64,000 nucleotides of DNA from Batkoa obscura (lineage: Eukaryota). Of this stretch, positions 23,062 through 35,280 are shown piece after piece. The translations under genes were made by a program, and so were the position numbers. Every line of letters begins with the position of its first letter. Position 1 is the stretch's first letter. The notes beneath the pieces were generated by a model that saw nothing but the letters and a program-made list of their open reading frames with translations, was not told the DNA's origin and ran no database searches. Location: positions 1,922,001 through 1,986,000 of the forward strand of contig JASVEC010000002.1 in assembly GCA_030770535.1 (NCBI GenBank). Direction: 5' to 3'.

Positions 23062-24822
23062 TTATTTAAATAATAATTTCTTTTCTTTTAAATTATTATA
23101 AAAATTTACAAACTCAAACTTTCTATAAGCTAATAAAATATCCGATACTAAAAAACATTGAGCAATTGAATAAGCAATAGTAACTCCATAATAGAAATTA
23201 GCATTAGCAGTATGAGATTCAATCCATCCTAACCATAATATAGGCGAAAACAACAGACTTATTATTATTGTTAAGCTTATAACCTTGATTTGAGTTAAAT
23301 CTATAATAAATAATAATATAAATAAGATTAGTAATTATATTTTATATTTTATATTTTGTATTGTTATTACTAATTAAATAAATATTAACTTACATTTTAA
23401 TAAATCTTTAAATAATATTAAAAATGGTAAATAAAAACATAAATCAGCAATAGAAGGATACGATTTGAATATCGAATTAATAATTAATTGTAATAATAAA
23501 ACAAACATGGGCTGATTACTAAAAAATATGAAATAAAAAATAATTAATTAGTAAACAAGTTAATATAAAATAAATAAACTTACTAAAATTTAAAAGTAAT
23601 TGGCAATATAAACCCAAAATTAAAAAATTGAAATGCAATTGTAAAATACATTCGAAATTGTTCAAACATTTCAATGAAGAAATACCAATATAAGCCAAGA
23701 TTTGGGGTTAAATCTTTAACAAAGAAACTAAAAGTTAAGAATAATTATTAATAAAGTAAAGTCAACAAAAATATTATTATATTATATTGTTACATTTTAT
23801 GTATATATATAACTTACATTGTCCCAATCGAATTTTTTAAATAATCCCAATTATTAAAATTATAATAGATAATAAAATTAATTACTACCAACCATTGTAT
23901 TACAAAATAAATTGTTTTAATTATGTACAACTAAAATAAAAATAGAATAAAATAATTAAATATAATTAAATATAATTAAATATAATATATTCAAACTTAC
24001 CCATTTCTTTCTATTTTCCTTACCACTTGTCAATAAATGAATTGGTATAATTAATATAATAGGATAAAAAGAAATCATCGATGATAACGAAAGAAACAAT
24101 GTTGATAGTAAAATATTGTCTAATAAAAAAATAAACTAAACTTAGTACAATCCTCCTTCAACTAAATAATTAAAACTTACAATTAACAGCAAACGTAATA
24201 GCTAACAATAAGAAGAAATGATTAAAAATAGCTGTTGACAATGACATACAAGATAATACAGTTAACGGATTTAAGTAATAAACTAATCCTAATAATTCTG
24301 GTTCAATTTTCCAAACTTGGGTTTTTACTTCTCCCTTTTCATTTCGAAGTTCATAACTTTCTTTTCGTTTCTTATATAATTGGCCTATTTTGTAGTATAA
24401 TAGACATAAGATAGTATCAATAGAGATATAATAAAGTTGAATAATAATGGGATGAAGATTAATCACTGGTTGTAATAATAACAAGATGATAGGGTTCTAT
24501 TTGAGAGAAAATATAATTAAAATTAATTAAAATTATTATCAAATATTAATTACTTGTCTTAATAATCCGCCTTTATAAGGAGGTATCGAATATTTTAATA
24601 AAAATAAACCCTCTTTAACTAAAGAATAATAGTAATAATAAAATAATAAATATTAATAAGTTAAATAAATTAATAATCAAAAATCTCACTTGATTCAAAA
24701 TCCGTAATTGGGGTTATTAATTCAATTCTATTTTTTAATAAAATACAAAAGTCAGGAAATAATACAATTAAACTCAATCGTATTATTAAACCTAGAATAA
24801 TTATTTGTGTTATAGATGGCAT
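23062..24822 (-). CDS. GAB1: GPI transamidase subunit PIG-U / Gab1; multi-exon
   Basis: RIELITPITDF...EGLFL...PYKGG, YYLNPLTVLSC, DLTPNLGLYWYFFIEMFEQFR, FKSYPSIAD, ANANFYYG. Confidence 0.92.
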
Positions 24823-25249
24823 CTTTTTTACTATTTATTGAAAATAATAATAATAATAATAAAGTTGTTTTAATCTTTTTACATGTTGCTTTTACTACTT
24901 TTTTGATTACTCATTAACTTTCTCAGAACCAATAATATTCAGTTATTAAAAAGTGATGATTAGCTGTAATGTCATTTAATTAAAGTGAATATAGTTTATA
25001 TACATTTATAATCAATTTAATATTAACTCAAAATAAACTTATTTTTATTAACGTTTTGTCCTTTTATAACTTTAGATGCATTTCTTTTGAAAATTATCAA
25101 AAGCTAATCTTCAATTCATACTAAAAACATGATATGGAATCTCATTCAATATTTTAAAGGAATTAAGATTTTTATTCATCTCTTTTTAATTTTCTAATTT
25201 TTTAATTGTAAAAAAACAATATAACATATAATAACGAATTTTATGAGGA

Positions 25250-26812
25250 ATGGATACTTCAATCACAATCGACAATCCAGATATAGCATTAGAATTAACA
25301 GGTCAATCTAAACAAGCTAATGGAGCAATCAAAGAAACAGAGATAACAGAGGAAATCAATAAATCCAACGATATAACAGAGGTCCCCCCAACAATTAATA
25401 TAATTCAAGAAATAACCTTAGTAAATGGGAATGAGAAAAGTAATGAAACAACAAAAGTGCCTTCAAAAATTACAATAACCAACACAACCGAAGAAACAGA
25501 AATATCGGATCAACCTGAGCAAACTGCTGATATAGTTGAAACAACTTCAACAAATATAATAAAAAATAGATTCCAAGAAAAAGAGATATCAAATCAATCT
25601 TATCAACTCAATTCTACAACAGAAATACTTCGAAAAATCATGACTAATAACTCAATTGCAGAAACAGAAACAATAAATCAAGTTGACCCACCTAATAATA
25701 ATTCAGAATTTCCCAACTCAACCCAAACACTCAATATCGATCAATTGATAACTCTAAAATCCCCTACTAAACGTAAACGTCGTGGTAATCGAAATCGAGA
25801 AGAAAATATATTAAACATCTTTCCATCTCTAAATCTTGGAAAGTCGCTTACTATCTTAAATTCAATATTAATCCGAATTCATACTTTTCATTCCCAAACG
25901 ATATTTAAAAGTAATATTCTCTCGTTAGTTGCGGGTTTATTTTCTAGAACTCAACTAGTTGACTTAGGGTTTGAATTTTCCAATTATCAATATACCGAAG
26001 CTAAAAAAATTGCTTTAGATAAAAAATATATAGAATATCAATCTCATCAAAGTAATAAAATCAAAAAAAAGAAAGATACATTGAAAAATGTGGCGGAAAT
26101 TATTGATCGATTAGATATTGAAAAAATAATCAAATTAATTGAAGGTGTAGTGGACCGAGTTTATCAATTTCATTGTCAATGTAAGATGATATTTAAAGCT
26201 AGTTTTTTGGCTTTGTTAGCGGATAGTTTTAAAAGAAATCAACTAAATCAATTAGGTTTTGAGTTTTCTAATGCTCAATATACACAAGCAAAGAAAATTC
26301 AGGCTGAAAAGGAATTTGTTTTTGAGATTGAAATTAAGCAGAATAAAGAAAAAAAATTGTTATTAAATAAAAGAGAAAATAGTTCAATGAACAAGGAAGC
26401 AAGTTTTGGGTTGGATGTAGATAGTGATGATACATTAAATAAGAAGCAAAAAATTGAGAATTGTTTATTTAAAAAATTAGTACTATTAAAATATTCCAAT
26501 TCAGTAAGAGAATATAATAGTGTTGTTAATGATAATAATTATAATGTTATTACTCCTATGATTTTAACTAGTAATAATGATAATAGAAATAATATTAATT
26601 CAACTAATACTAGTACTACCATTATCAATAATGAAAATAACAATAAGAATCAATCTAATTCTATAGTTTCAAGTAATAACGATATTATCACTACTGATGT
26701 TATTACTAATAATAATAATAACAGTAATAATAATAATAATAATAATAATGAAATTATTTCTACTATTAATAATATAAATATTATTAACACTTCATTACAC
26801 CAACAAAGATGA
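25250..26812 (+). CDS. Uncharacterised protein with two copies of an ILxLVAGxFxRxQLxxLGFEFSNxQYTxAKK domain and an Asn-rich tail
   Basis: 520-codon ORF; internal repeat of a ~60-aa domain shared with the next gene; basic NLS-like KRKRR. Confidence 0.75.
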   Translation: MDTSITIDNPDIALELTGQSKQANGAIKETEITEEINKSNDITEVPPTINIIQEITLVNGNEKSNETTKVPSKITITNTTEETEISDQPEQTADIVETTSTNIIKNRFQEKEISNQSYQLNSTTEILRKIMTNNSIAETETINQVDPPNNNSEFPNSTQTLNIDQLITLKSPTKRKRRGNRNREENILNIFPSLNLGKSLTILNSILIRIHTFHSQTIFKSNILSLVAGLFSRTQLVDLGFEFSNYQYTEAKKIALDKKYIEYQSHQSNKIKKKKDTLKNVAEIIDRLDIEKIIKLIEGVVDRVYQFHCQCKMIFKASFLALLADSFKRNQLNQLGFEFSNAQYTQAKKIQAEKEFVFEIEIKQNKEKKLLLNKRENSSMNKEASFGLDVDSDDTLNKKQKIENCLFKKLVLLKYSNSVREYNSVVNDNNYNVITPMILTSNNDNRNNINSTNTSTTIINNENNNKNQSNSIVSSNNDIITTDVITNNNNNSNNNNNNNNEIISTINNINIINTSLHQQR

Positions 26813-26959
26813 CAAATTCAGATGAAGCAACCAATTAAATTTCATAATTTGCAAAGAGGGTGTCCAATTTTAAGCATAGTTTTTTAAACAACTCTATTTT
26901 TATTTATTTTGAGCACAGTTCAATTTTATTCTTTCAGTTTCAACAATTTAATTTCAATA

Positions 26960-28102
26960 ATGGAAAATACAATTATAGCTCAACCTAACAATAATCCCAA
27001 GGCTATAGCACCAACACTTTCCAAACCTATTAAGAAAGTGAAGCCAAGAATTGAAAACATAATGACAATATTACCCAAATTAAATTTTGAAAAATCAGTA
27101 TTGATGTTAAATGAATTAGTTAATAGGGTATATGAATTACATAGTCAAAATCAAAGCAAATATAAAAGTAATATCCTAGCCTTAGTAGCTGGCTTATTTT
27201 CACGAAATCAATTAAACACTTTGGGATTTGAGTTTTCTAATGGACAATATACTTCGGCTATTAAAATTCAAAAAGAAAAAAGATATTCTACTTCAATAAG
27301 TAGCACAAATGTAATCAAAAAGAAAAAAAAAGGTGTTAAAATATTGGATAAAAAAGTATTAGAATATATGATTAAACAATCAGAATTAAATTTAAAAAAA
27401 AAATGTTCTTGGAATGGTGAAAAAGTTCCATGTTATTTTTTATTAAAGCCAAAAAGTCGAATTTATCTTGAGTTAAAACAGAAGGGTCTAATTGATATTT
27501 CAAGGGCTTATTTTTATCACCTTATTCCTAAATATTTTAAAACGAGTACGGAATTACTTATGAAAAAAAGCAGAGTGATGAGTAAGAATTTTACCCAAAG
27601 TCATAGTCAAAGTACTGTTATTAATAATGATAATAATAACAATGATTTTAATAACAACACCAATATAAACAAAAGTATGACTACTTTTTTACCTAATCTA
27701 TCACAACTTCCACTTTCACTTCCACCACAATCAATTTCAAATAAGCCAATGTATTATCCAGAATCAACTACTATTAGTGCTTATAAACAATATACTACAT
27801 TTGGTTTTAATTCATCAAGTAACCGGTTACCACCATCTAATACTATCTCATCTTCATCATCAGCAAATAATAAATATTTTAATGCGGTGGGCTTTAATTC
27901 ACTTTCATTACCGAGTTTGAATTCGATTCCATTACCCATCTCTAATGCTAATTCATATTTTTTAAGTGGAGATAATTCGAATAATCAATATCATCAGTTT
28001 TCAATAGAAGAAGCTGGAAATAGTAATGAATTACAATTACCCCCACCGTTAGCTATAAATCAAGGGTTGAATTTTAACATGAATTTAAATCTAAGACAGT
28101 GA
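26960..28102 (+). CDS. Paralogous protein with one copy of the same domain, a YFLLKPKSRIY...ISRAYFYHLIPKYFK segment and an N/S/P-rich tail
   Basis: ORF 26909-28102, first ATG at 26960; shares the LGFEFSNxQYT domain with the upstream gene. Confidence 0.75.
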   Translation: MENTIIAQPNNNPKAIAPTLSKPIKKVKPRIENIMTILPKLNFEKSVLMLNELVNRVYELHSQNQSKYKSNILALVAGLFSRNQLNTLGFEFSNGQYTSAIKIQKEKRYSTSISSTNVIKKKKKGVKILDKKVLEYMIKQSELNLKKKCSWNGEKVPCYFLLKPKSRIYLELKQKGLIDISRAYFYHLIPKYFKTSTELLMKKSRVMSKNFTQSHSQSTVINNDNNNNDFNNNTNINKSMTTFLPNLSQLPLSLPPQSISNKPMYYPESTTISAYKQYTTFGFNSSSNRLPPSNTISSSSSANNKYFNAVGFNSLSLPSLNSIPLPISNANSYFLSGDNSNNQYHQFSIEEAGNSNELQLPPPLAINQGLNFNMNLNLRQ

Positions 28103-28423
28103 AAATGGGGAGAATTGGGAACTAGATTGGGATGGAAATTTTAAACTTGTATTTTTTATTATTTATAAAATTAACTTTGTATATTTTTAGTAAATAAAAT
28201 ATTTTTGTTTGATGTTATTTTCAATCATTTTAATAATAAACTATACTTCTAAAAAAGCATTTTTTTATTTTAAAGTTTCAAAACGAATCTGATAAAAAAA
28301 AAGATCTAAAAATTTGATAAGCTTCAAAAAAAAAATTTAGATAAAAGATGACTTTAATATAAGCTTTGAAAAAGAAGCAAGATAAAGAAATAAAAAGATT
28401 AAAATTCCATCGTAATGAACAAC

Positions 28424-29225
28424 TCAAAGGGCATAACTAATCAAAAGATACTCTTTAGATTGATTATAGACGCTAGGATGAACAGATTGAAAACCAACAT
28501 AAAAAAGGGCCTTAATAAGATCAGCTAAAAAATATTAAATTATTAAAATTAAAATGCTATAAATAAAAACTTACCAATATCAGGCGAGTCTTTATGCACA
28601 CAAACCACAATCTTTTCACAATTCAATTGGTTTTCTGCTAATTCTAAAATGGCGGTGATACTAAAAATCCTAATTAGTCCATTAATACTTCACCTATAAA
28701 TAATTTACCAAGTACGAAAGTCTTCATCCGCCCAAGTATCAAAGCAAGGTGGTTGAAAGAAGAGGGTAGAATTGGTAGTAAAACCAGACCAAAGGTTGGG
28801 GCGTAATTGGTCATTGGATCGAGAGATAATGGTTAAATAAGCGTCAGGTGAAATCTTTGGGAGTATCATTTTGGCCAAGGATTTACCTAACTTAGCAATC
28901 GATGGCTTAGCTAACTCTTGAGTTTCATCCGGTGGAATTTGGTCAATAGTAGTCACGTCAAACCCACCACGGTACTGCGTCCGCGACTATTAATAAATAT
29001 TAGATACATTGATATCTTGAACTAACCAAATGATTTATTTTTCTACTTACGTGAGTAACAATAACGATGGTGACTAGATTCGTTAGCACGTTTTAAATAA
29101 CAGATGGCTAATGTTTCATTTAAGTTTTCATTGTAAAACTTCATTGAAGACATAGAAGCCATCTTATTTAACGGTGGTATTATACTCTCATCACTACTAC
29201 TACTATTATTATTAGCTATCATCAT
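28424..29225 (-). CDS. OAZ1: Ornithine decarboxylase antizyme, +1 programmed ribosomal frameshift; 4 exons
   Basis: After splicing intron 28987-29050, ORF1 (67 codons) ends CCG TGG TGG GTT TGA. The +1 frame continues DVTTIDQ... to ITAILELAENQLNCEKIVVCVHK...DLIKALFYVGFQSVHP, the antizyme C-terminal signature. Confidence 0.92.
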
Positions 29226-30255
29226 ATTGATTGAAATTGATACGGGTTTAAAATTGATTTATAAGTTTGTTTGAGTTTATTGATATAAGTTGTTATTAAA
29301 AATAGAGTATTGAGCTTAACTTTGATTTTAAATTATCTTTACTTTGTATTGAAGAAGAAGAAAATAATAAAAGTATTAAAAATTTAGCCAGATTGAACAA
29401 TTGAAAGCTTTAAAAAATTATTTAACTTAAAGTTTAAAACACAAAAATGTTATATTCAGTTATGAAAAGTTATCAGTTTTTTTTTATAAAATATATAAAA
29501 AGAAAGAATCAATTTTTTTATGCATTTTGGTTTCTACTGTTGAAAATCATGAATTGTTACATTTGGTATATTTATTCACTTTGATTGGCTAGCATAAGTT
29601 TTTTAAGCAATAAGCAATGGCTTAGTTAAGACAAATGTAGCCAATGAACTGTTTAATTCCCCCGTTATTCTTTAACCCTAATTTATTTTGGACTTTATTG
29701 TTACAAGTTTGTATGTTTGTAGTAAATTTTCCTAGTTTATCCAGATGTATTCCTTTAATCAATTAAAACTATTATCAAGATTCGATATTATCAAATAAGT
29801 TCAATAAAATTGTAAGTTTAAAATTTCAAATATTGAACTATTTGTTAATTGCATATATTATTATTTATTACTATTTTACTATTTTTAAAACTAAACAAAA
29901 ATAATGACTTGGAACTGTTAGAAAAATGGCTCTTAACTGAAGCGTAGAATAATAGAAATTCTAGATTTGGACAAATGGAACTAAAATATGCTAAGCCAAA
30001 AAGTTACACACTTTGGCTTTTTTTCTCGTTTTTTCAACTTAAGAATGACTAAATTTCAAGTTATCTTATCATACAAAATGTTTACTATTTATTTTTTAAG
30101 CAATATTAAGCTATCTACCTGCATTATTTTAGGCTATTGTTGAACCATATGAAACTATCTATTAAATTATATTATAAATATATTTAAATAAAAATTTAAA
30201 TTAATTGAGCTCATTTTCAAGTTTTACAAATTATGTTAAATATAAAAAAGGATAT

Positions 30256-30353
30256 GGGAGTGTTTTTTTAACTTCATTATTTTTTCCACCTTTTAAGCCC
30301 TATTTGAGCGGAAAAATTGTTAGTAAAATTCTTAAACAGAAAAACACATCCCC
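30256..30353 (-). mobile_element. MITE family A copy
   Basis: GGGAGTG...CACATCCCC with ATAT on both sides. Confidence 0.88.
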
Positions 30354-30556
30354 ATATTAGTATATTAGTATACTGGAATCAAGTGTTATTTTTCGTTTTA
30401 TTTATTTGTTCATTATTTTTATATATAGAGATCGAGTTTTTTAGGGAAGTATTCAGATTTTAATACTGTTTAGATATATATATTTGAAATTAATGTTTAA
30501 TTTTTAATAATATAATAAGTTCTATTTATCATTTGTTGTTATTTACATTGCTTTAA

Positions 30557-30648
30557 TTTTTTTACATTTAAGAATTTTACTAACAATTTTTCCGCCCAAA
30601 TAGGGCTTAAAAAGTGGAAAAAGTAATAAAGCCAAAAAAAACACTCCC
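30557..30648 (+). mobile_element. MITE family A copy, 5' end eroded
   Basis: TTAAGAATTTTACTAACAATTTTTCC...AACACTCCC followed by ATAT. Confidence 0.85.
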
Positions 30649-31122
30649 ATATGATATTCGACAATTTTTACTTTCAAATACAATTTATAAGTCAAATATG
30701 ATAAGCTTGTTATATATAAAAATGCCTATTAAATCGTTTTAATAGTGTTTTATTTTGATACAAAAAATATATTAAGTGGGAATTGATTATATCAATTTAA
30801 TTACACTTTAAATAAAATAAATATTTAAAATAGTATCAAGAAAAACGCCATTAAGGATAAGTAATCAATGTAATTAATTTATTACTCTATTAGATAACTC
30901 AATATTATATAGATTTAAAAGGAATATTTGAGGAGATGAAAAGATAGCTAAAAACTATTTGGGTAATGTTTACTCTTATGATAAAATATATACTTTAAAG
31001 GTTAATATAGCAATTATTTAAATTTATATCAGAAATTACTTTTAGTAGAGTAGTATAGAAATAAAAATAAACCTAGTAAAAACATAAGATTATAATTCAA
31101 GTTTTGATATTAAAAAATGAAC

Positions 31123-31216
31123 AGGGATTATCTTTTTTTGTTTGAAATTTACTAGCATTTTTTACACTTAATGTCATTTAAAATGGAAAAAACGGTGAAA
31201 TCAAAAAGACATCCTC
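31123..31216 (+). mobile_element. MITE family A, degenerate copy
   Basis: AGGGAT...TTTACTAGCATTTTTTACAC...AATGGAAAAA...GACATCCTC then AAAT. Confidence 0.6.
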
Positions 31217-31519
31217 AAATATTTCTTTTAAACTTAGTCGTAAAGTTACACATCTTTCTATTTAAAAAACTGAATGTATCAACAGCGCTTATTTTAATTA
31301 ACTTATATTAGGAGTATAAATATGATACCTATAGTATATTAATTGTTTATTTTTTAAGTCATCTTAAAGTCACTGTTCAGAGTTTTATTAATATTTCAAA
31401 TAACACAATTAATATTGGTTATATTGAAATTACTCAATAGCTAACATTAATTTTTTTATTGCAAATCAATTGCCAAAATAGAATACTATAGATGATATAG
31501 ATGATATAGATGGTATAGA

Positions 31520-32251
31520 TTAAACACACTGAATTGCATTGCCTGCATTTTGACATGTTAATGCTGGATTGCAAGACTCAATAAATCTTTGTTTGTAAAC
31601 ACATGTAACATATCGCTTATCAGAAATACATTTTCTATAGATACCATCTCCACATTCATCTGTTGGTTCTGTATTTGAACTTGGAACTGCAGTAACCAGT
31701 TCGTTATATTTTGTGGTTTGTTTTAACTTTACTTGATCTTTGACACTATCATTACTTCCATCTTCAGATTTAACCGAGTAGCCTATGTGACTTGGATTAC
31801 TAGGGTTACTACTGCTTTCAGGTTGGGTACGCATACCAGGTAACGAACTATCACCACTAAAAATTACACCAGCACATTTACCAGCATCGGTAGATTCCCA
31901 AGTTACGTCAACGTGGCCAGTAGTTTCACCATCTGATAGTTGTGAAAATGCTACAGTATTCATATCCAAACCTTGTCCACCAATATCAACAGCAACAATA
32001 TATAATACAAGACCATTTTGTTTTGAGGTTACTTTTAAGCAGGTACCACATTGAGATTTGTCTAAACCTTGTACTGCAGTAACTCTATCAAGGTTCATTT
32101 GAGATGCTGGAATACCACAAGCTACTTGGGATGTTTCAAGAATGGATCTTTGTGCTTGAAAGGCATGAGTAGTAATTGCACCAGAACCGGATAAAGCTGT
32201 AATGGTGCTTGTCAAAGTAGAGAATACAACTAAAAATAAAGTTGAGTTCAT
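31520..32251 (-). CDS. Second secreted expansin-like (DPBB + CBM19-like) paralog
   Basis: DPBB region identical in protein to 13080-13841; different signal peptide and linker. Confidence 0.8.
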   Translation of the reverse strand: MNSTLFLVVFSTLTSTITALSGSGAITTHAFQAQRSILETSQVACGIPASQMNLDRVTAVQGLDKSQCGTCLKVTSKQNGLVLYIVAVDIGGQGLDMNTVAFSQLSDGETTGHVDVTWESTDAGKCAGVIFSGDSSLPGMRTQPESSSNPSNPSHIGYSVKSEDGSNDSVKDQVKLKQTTKYNELVTAVPSSNTEPTDECGDGIYRKCISDKRYVTCVYKQRFIESCNPALTCQNAGNAIQCV

Positions 32252-33019
32252 TATTAATTACTTGGGGTATTTATATATTATATAGATTAATTATCGACAA
32301 ATTAATGGTGTTACTTCCAGAGTAATAATTTTAATTTCAAATAGCAATAATTAGATTGAGTGATTTCTTTTTTACTTATATATACTTCACAAGATAACTT
32401 TTTTTATGGTTTTAGTATTTTAATGGCTTCCAATTCTTTAATTAATTAGATCCATATTATTAACATATTTGTTTAACTTTTTATTAAGCCATACCCCTTT
32501 TCAGAGCCAAGTTTGTGATATATAATTTCAATTACCAACGACTGTTCTAGCAGTTTAATTAATATTGAATAGAAATAAATAAAAATACTTACTAAATTAG
32601 TTATTTAGAAATTTGTTTTTTATCTTTCAACAGAACAATTAATAGTTTAAAGAACAAGAGTTTCAGGTAGCATGCTCTCTTTCTAAACCAACCCTAAATT
32701 ATTTAAACATCCATCAATTAAAGTGCCTTTGAAATATCAGGTAATAAGTACTACTTTATATCTAACAACTAGTCAAATTTGATTAATGTGGTTGTTAATA
32801 ATTTGCTAGAAAGAGATACAAAAAAAAGGTCAAGAAGCAAGAAGAGTAACTAATGTATAGTCAATCATAAAAATGTAGTCGCACTGAAGTTAAAATTCAT
32901 ATTTGCTACAAAACATTTAATATAAATCGCATTGAGTCAGTCATAGTTTCTAGTCAAAAAATAAAAAGCTGTCAGTTTTTCGATCTCATAATTTTTTTTT
33001 CGAAGAACTAACCTTCTCC

Positions 33020-34158
33020 TAAACACATTATTTGTAAAGCGAAATATAAAGTGTAAGCAAAATCTTTGGTGGGAAATATTGTAAAAATACTAGAAAGAAA
33101 GGTAGTATTAAGCTAGAGAAAGTAAGCCTAATTTGGAATTACTGTTTTGAAGAGGATTAAATGGGGATGTGTTTTTGTATTTAAGGATTTTACTAACAAT
33201 TTCTCCACTCAAACAGCGCTCAAAGGTGGAAAAAGTAATGAAGTCAAAAAACATCTCCAAATGATAAAAGAAAGCTTCAAATTGAGTTTTATAGAATCAA
33301 TTTACATTAAATCAAGCAAAATAAAACTACAAAAAAGTTAATACTATTTCTAGTTAACAATTCTATATACTGAAGTAAAGAGACAAAGGACCTGTCGAAT
33401 TGATGAAAGAAGGGTTGACATGCAATAGAAGAATTGTAGACCACAAAATTGTGATTTACTAAAGTATCCGTTATTTATCTTTCCAATATACTTTAATCGT
33501 TATTTATAAATAGTTTGATTATGTTTATTTTATTTTTATTACTTGAATAGTTTATAATCAATTAATACTGTTTTATTGAGTATATTTTAGTTCTTTGTTT
33601 AGTGTCGTTTTAATACTTTCCTACTATTTATAGGTAACAAACCAATACCTATGATTTTTAAGTTTTCAATATAATCTGGGACTAAAATAATAAGCATAAT
33701 TTGAAAATACACAAATAGATCTTACTACTGTTCTATGAACTACTGTAGTATTTGATAAAAAACTTCATAAGCAAAATGCTAATGAAATAACACTAATAAA
33801 CAGCTTTAGCTTAATAAATTTGGAGCATATAGAGAGATAAAGGCTGAGAAATTAGGCATCCTTGGGCACTCAAGTTTTAGTAAATTATTTAGTTTGAAAT
33901 CTGTTAACTCCAAATTAAAGGTATTACCAATCATCTCATTATTGTATATGTTACTCATATTAGTACGAATAATCAACTGAGTGAGATTAAATTGCATATT
34001 TAGAAAGTTTAAAAAATCCAAATTAAAAGGTGAATCAGCTAGTCCAATTTCAATATGATTAATATTAAATCTAGTGGATAGATATGTAAATTGTTTCAAT
34101 GAAAAGTAATGAACACACTTGAAATGCTTTAATCTTTTCAAATGTGTAAAAATATTTA
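33020..34158. repeat. Right copy of the 1.14-kb inverted duplication; contains MITE A at 33163-33258 (AAAT TSD)
   Basis: Reverse complement of 8967-10106. Confidence 0.95.
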
Positions 34159-34234
34159 TAAAATATATATATCTAACCTTAAAGCAACCCAAAACCAACC
34201 TTAATGTTAAGACTAATACTATATTTAATTTCAT
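33806..34234 (-). pseudogene. Truncated or chimeric F-box/LRR copy: new hydrophobic N-terminus fused to the 3' part of the 8021-9319 gene
   Basis: From NIFTHLKR to the stop it is identical to the F-box gene C-terminus. The F-box itself is absent. Confidence 0.7.
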
Positions 34235-34679
34235 CTTAAATTTTTACTTTAAATACATAATGGTATCATAGCCATTTTTTTATTTTAATTGACATTTTTC
34301 AATTAAAACAGTTTTTTCAAAAGACTATAATTAAACCTTCGAAATTCAACTACATACTTTGATGGTCCTAATTAAACAAACAATTTTAATCAAATTGAAT
34401 ATTATGAAATTTACTTGGTGCTAAAAGGTTAAAAGTGACATTTGAGATTAATGTGGTATTCACTTAAAAAGACATGACTATAATATTTAGTAGTACCAGT
34501 TAGGTTTATAATAATATAAATATAACTTTTCTTTATTATGAGTTATTGTTGATAACGAATAAAATCATCTAAAAAAAATTAAAATTAAAATATACAAAAT
34601 TATCATATAAAATGGTAAAATAACAGTTTATTGAGTACATGAAAACGTTCCATATGATAAACTTAGAACATACCTCTTA

Positions 34680-35280
34680 ACAAACCTAAAACGCTGTATT
34701 TTATTAGTGAAATGTTTAATTGATATTGTAAATTTACTTTACTTAACAACAAAGCCTTAATAGGTTCCTTGAGATAAAAATAGCTCCATACTATTGACAG
34801 TTTCTCTCTTATCTTCGTATTCCCTAATAAAATCAATTGCTTTACCAACATCAATAGCCTTAGGGCTATGTTGGATAAAATAGCGTTTAACTTCATTGGA
34901 GGGTAACTTTTTTATTAAAATCAATTCTTTTCTAAAATCTTTTTTGGTTTGTTTGACTCTTACTTTCATTTGTTCCAATTCAAGCTTAAATTGTTTATAT
35001 AACTCTCAAGCGGAATATGGTTCTCCTTCACAAATAAAAGTGGAGCAGGTTAATGTAGCAGGAGGGAGTTCATCTAAAATGAACATGGAACTCTTGTCAT
35101 ATTGGTAGTTATCATCTAATTGATTAAAAGACACTATCTTTTTTGATTTTTCATCACAATCTTTTCCTTAGCCAAATCATTGCTAGTTTCAAGAGCAAAA
35201 ATAATAGGGCTATGGCCAGTTAAGTTGTTACTACTTATAGGAAGCACGTCACTATTGTTTCTTTAAGGTTTGCTAGCATT
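34680..35280 (-). pseudogene. Degenerate gene copy of unknown family (paralog of 39268-39880)
   Basis: LTCSTFICEGEPYSA*ELYKQFKLE..QMKVRVK shared with the 39-kb copy; internal stop and frameshift. Confidence 0.6.
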
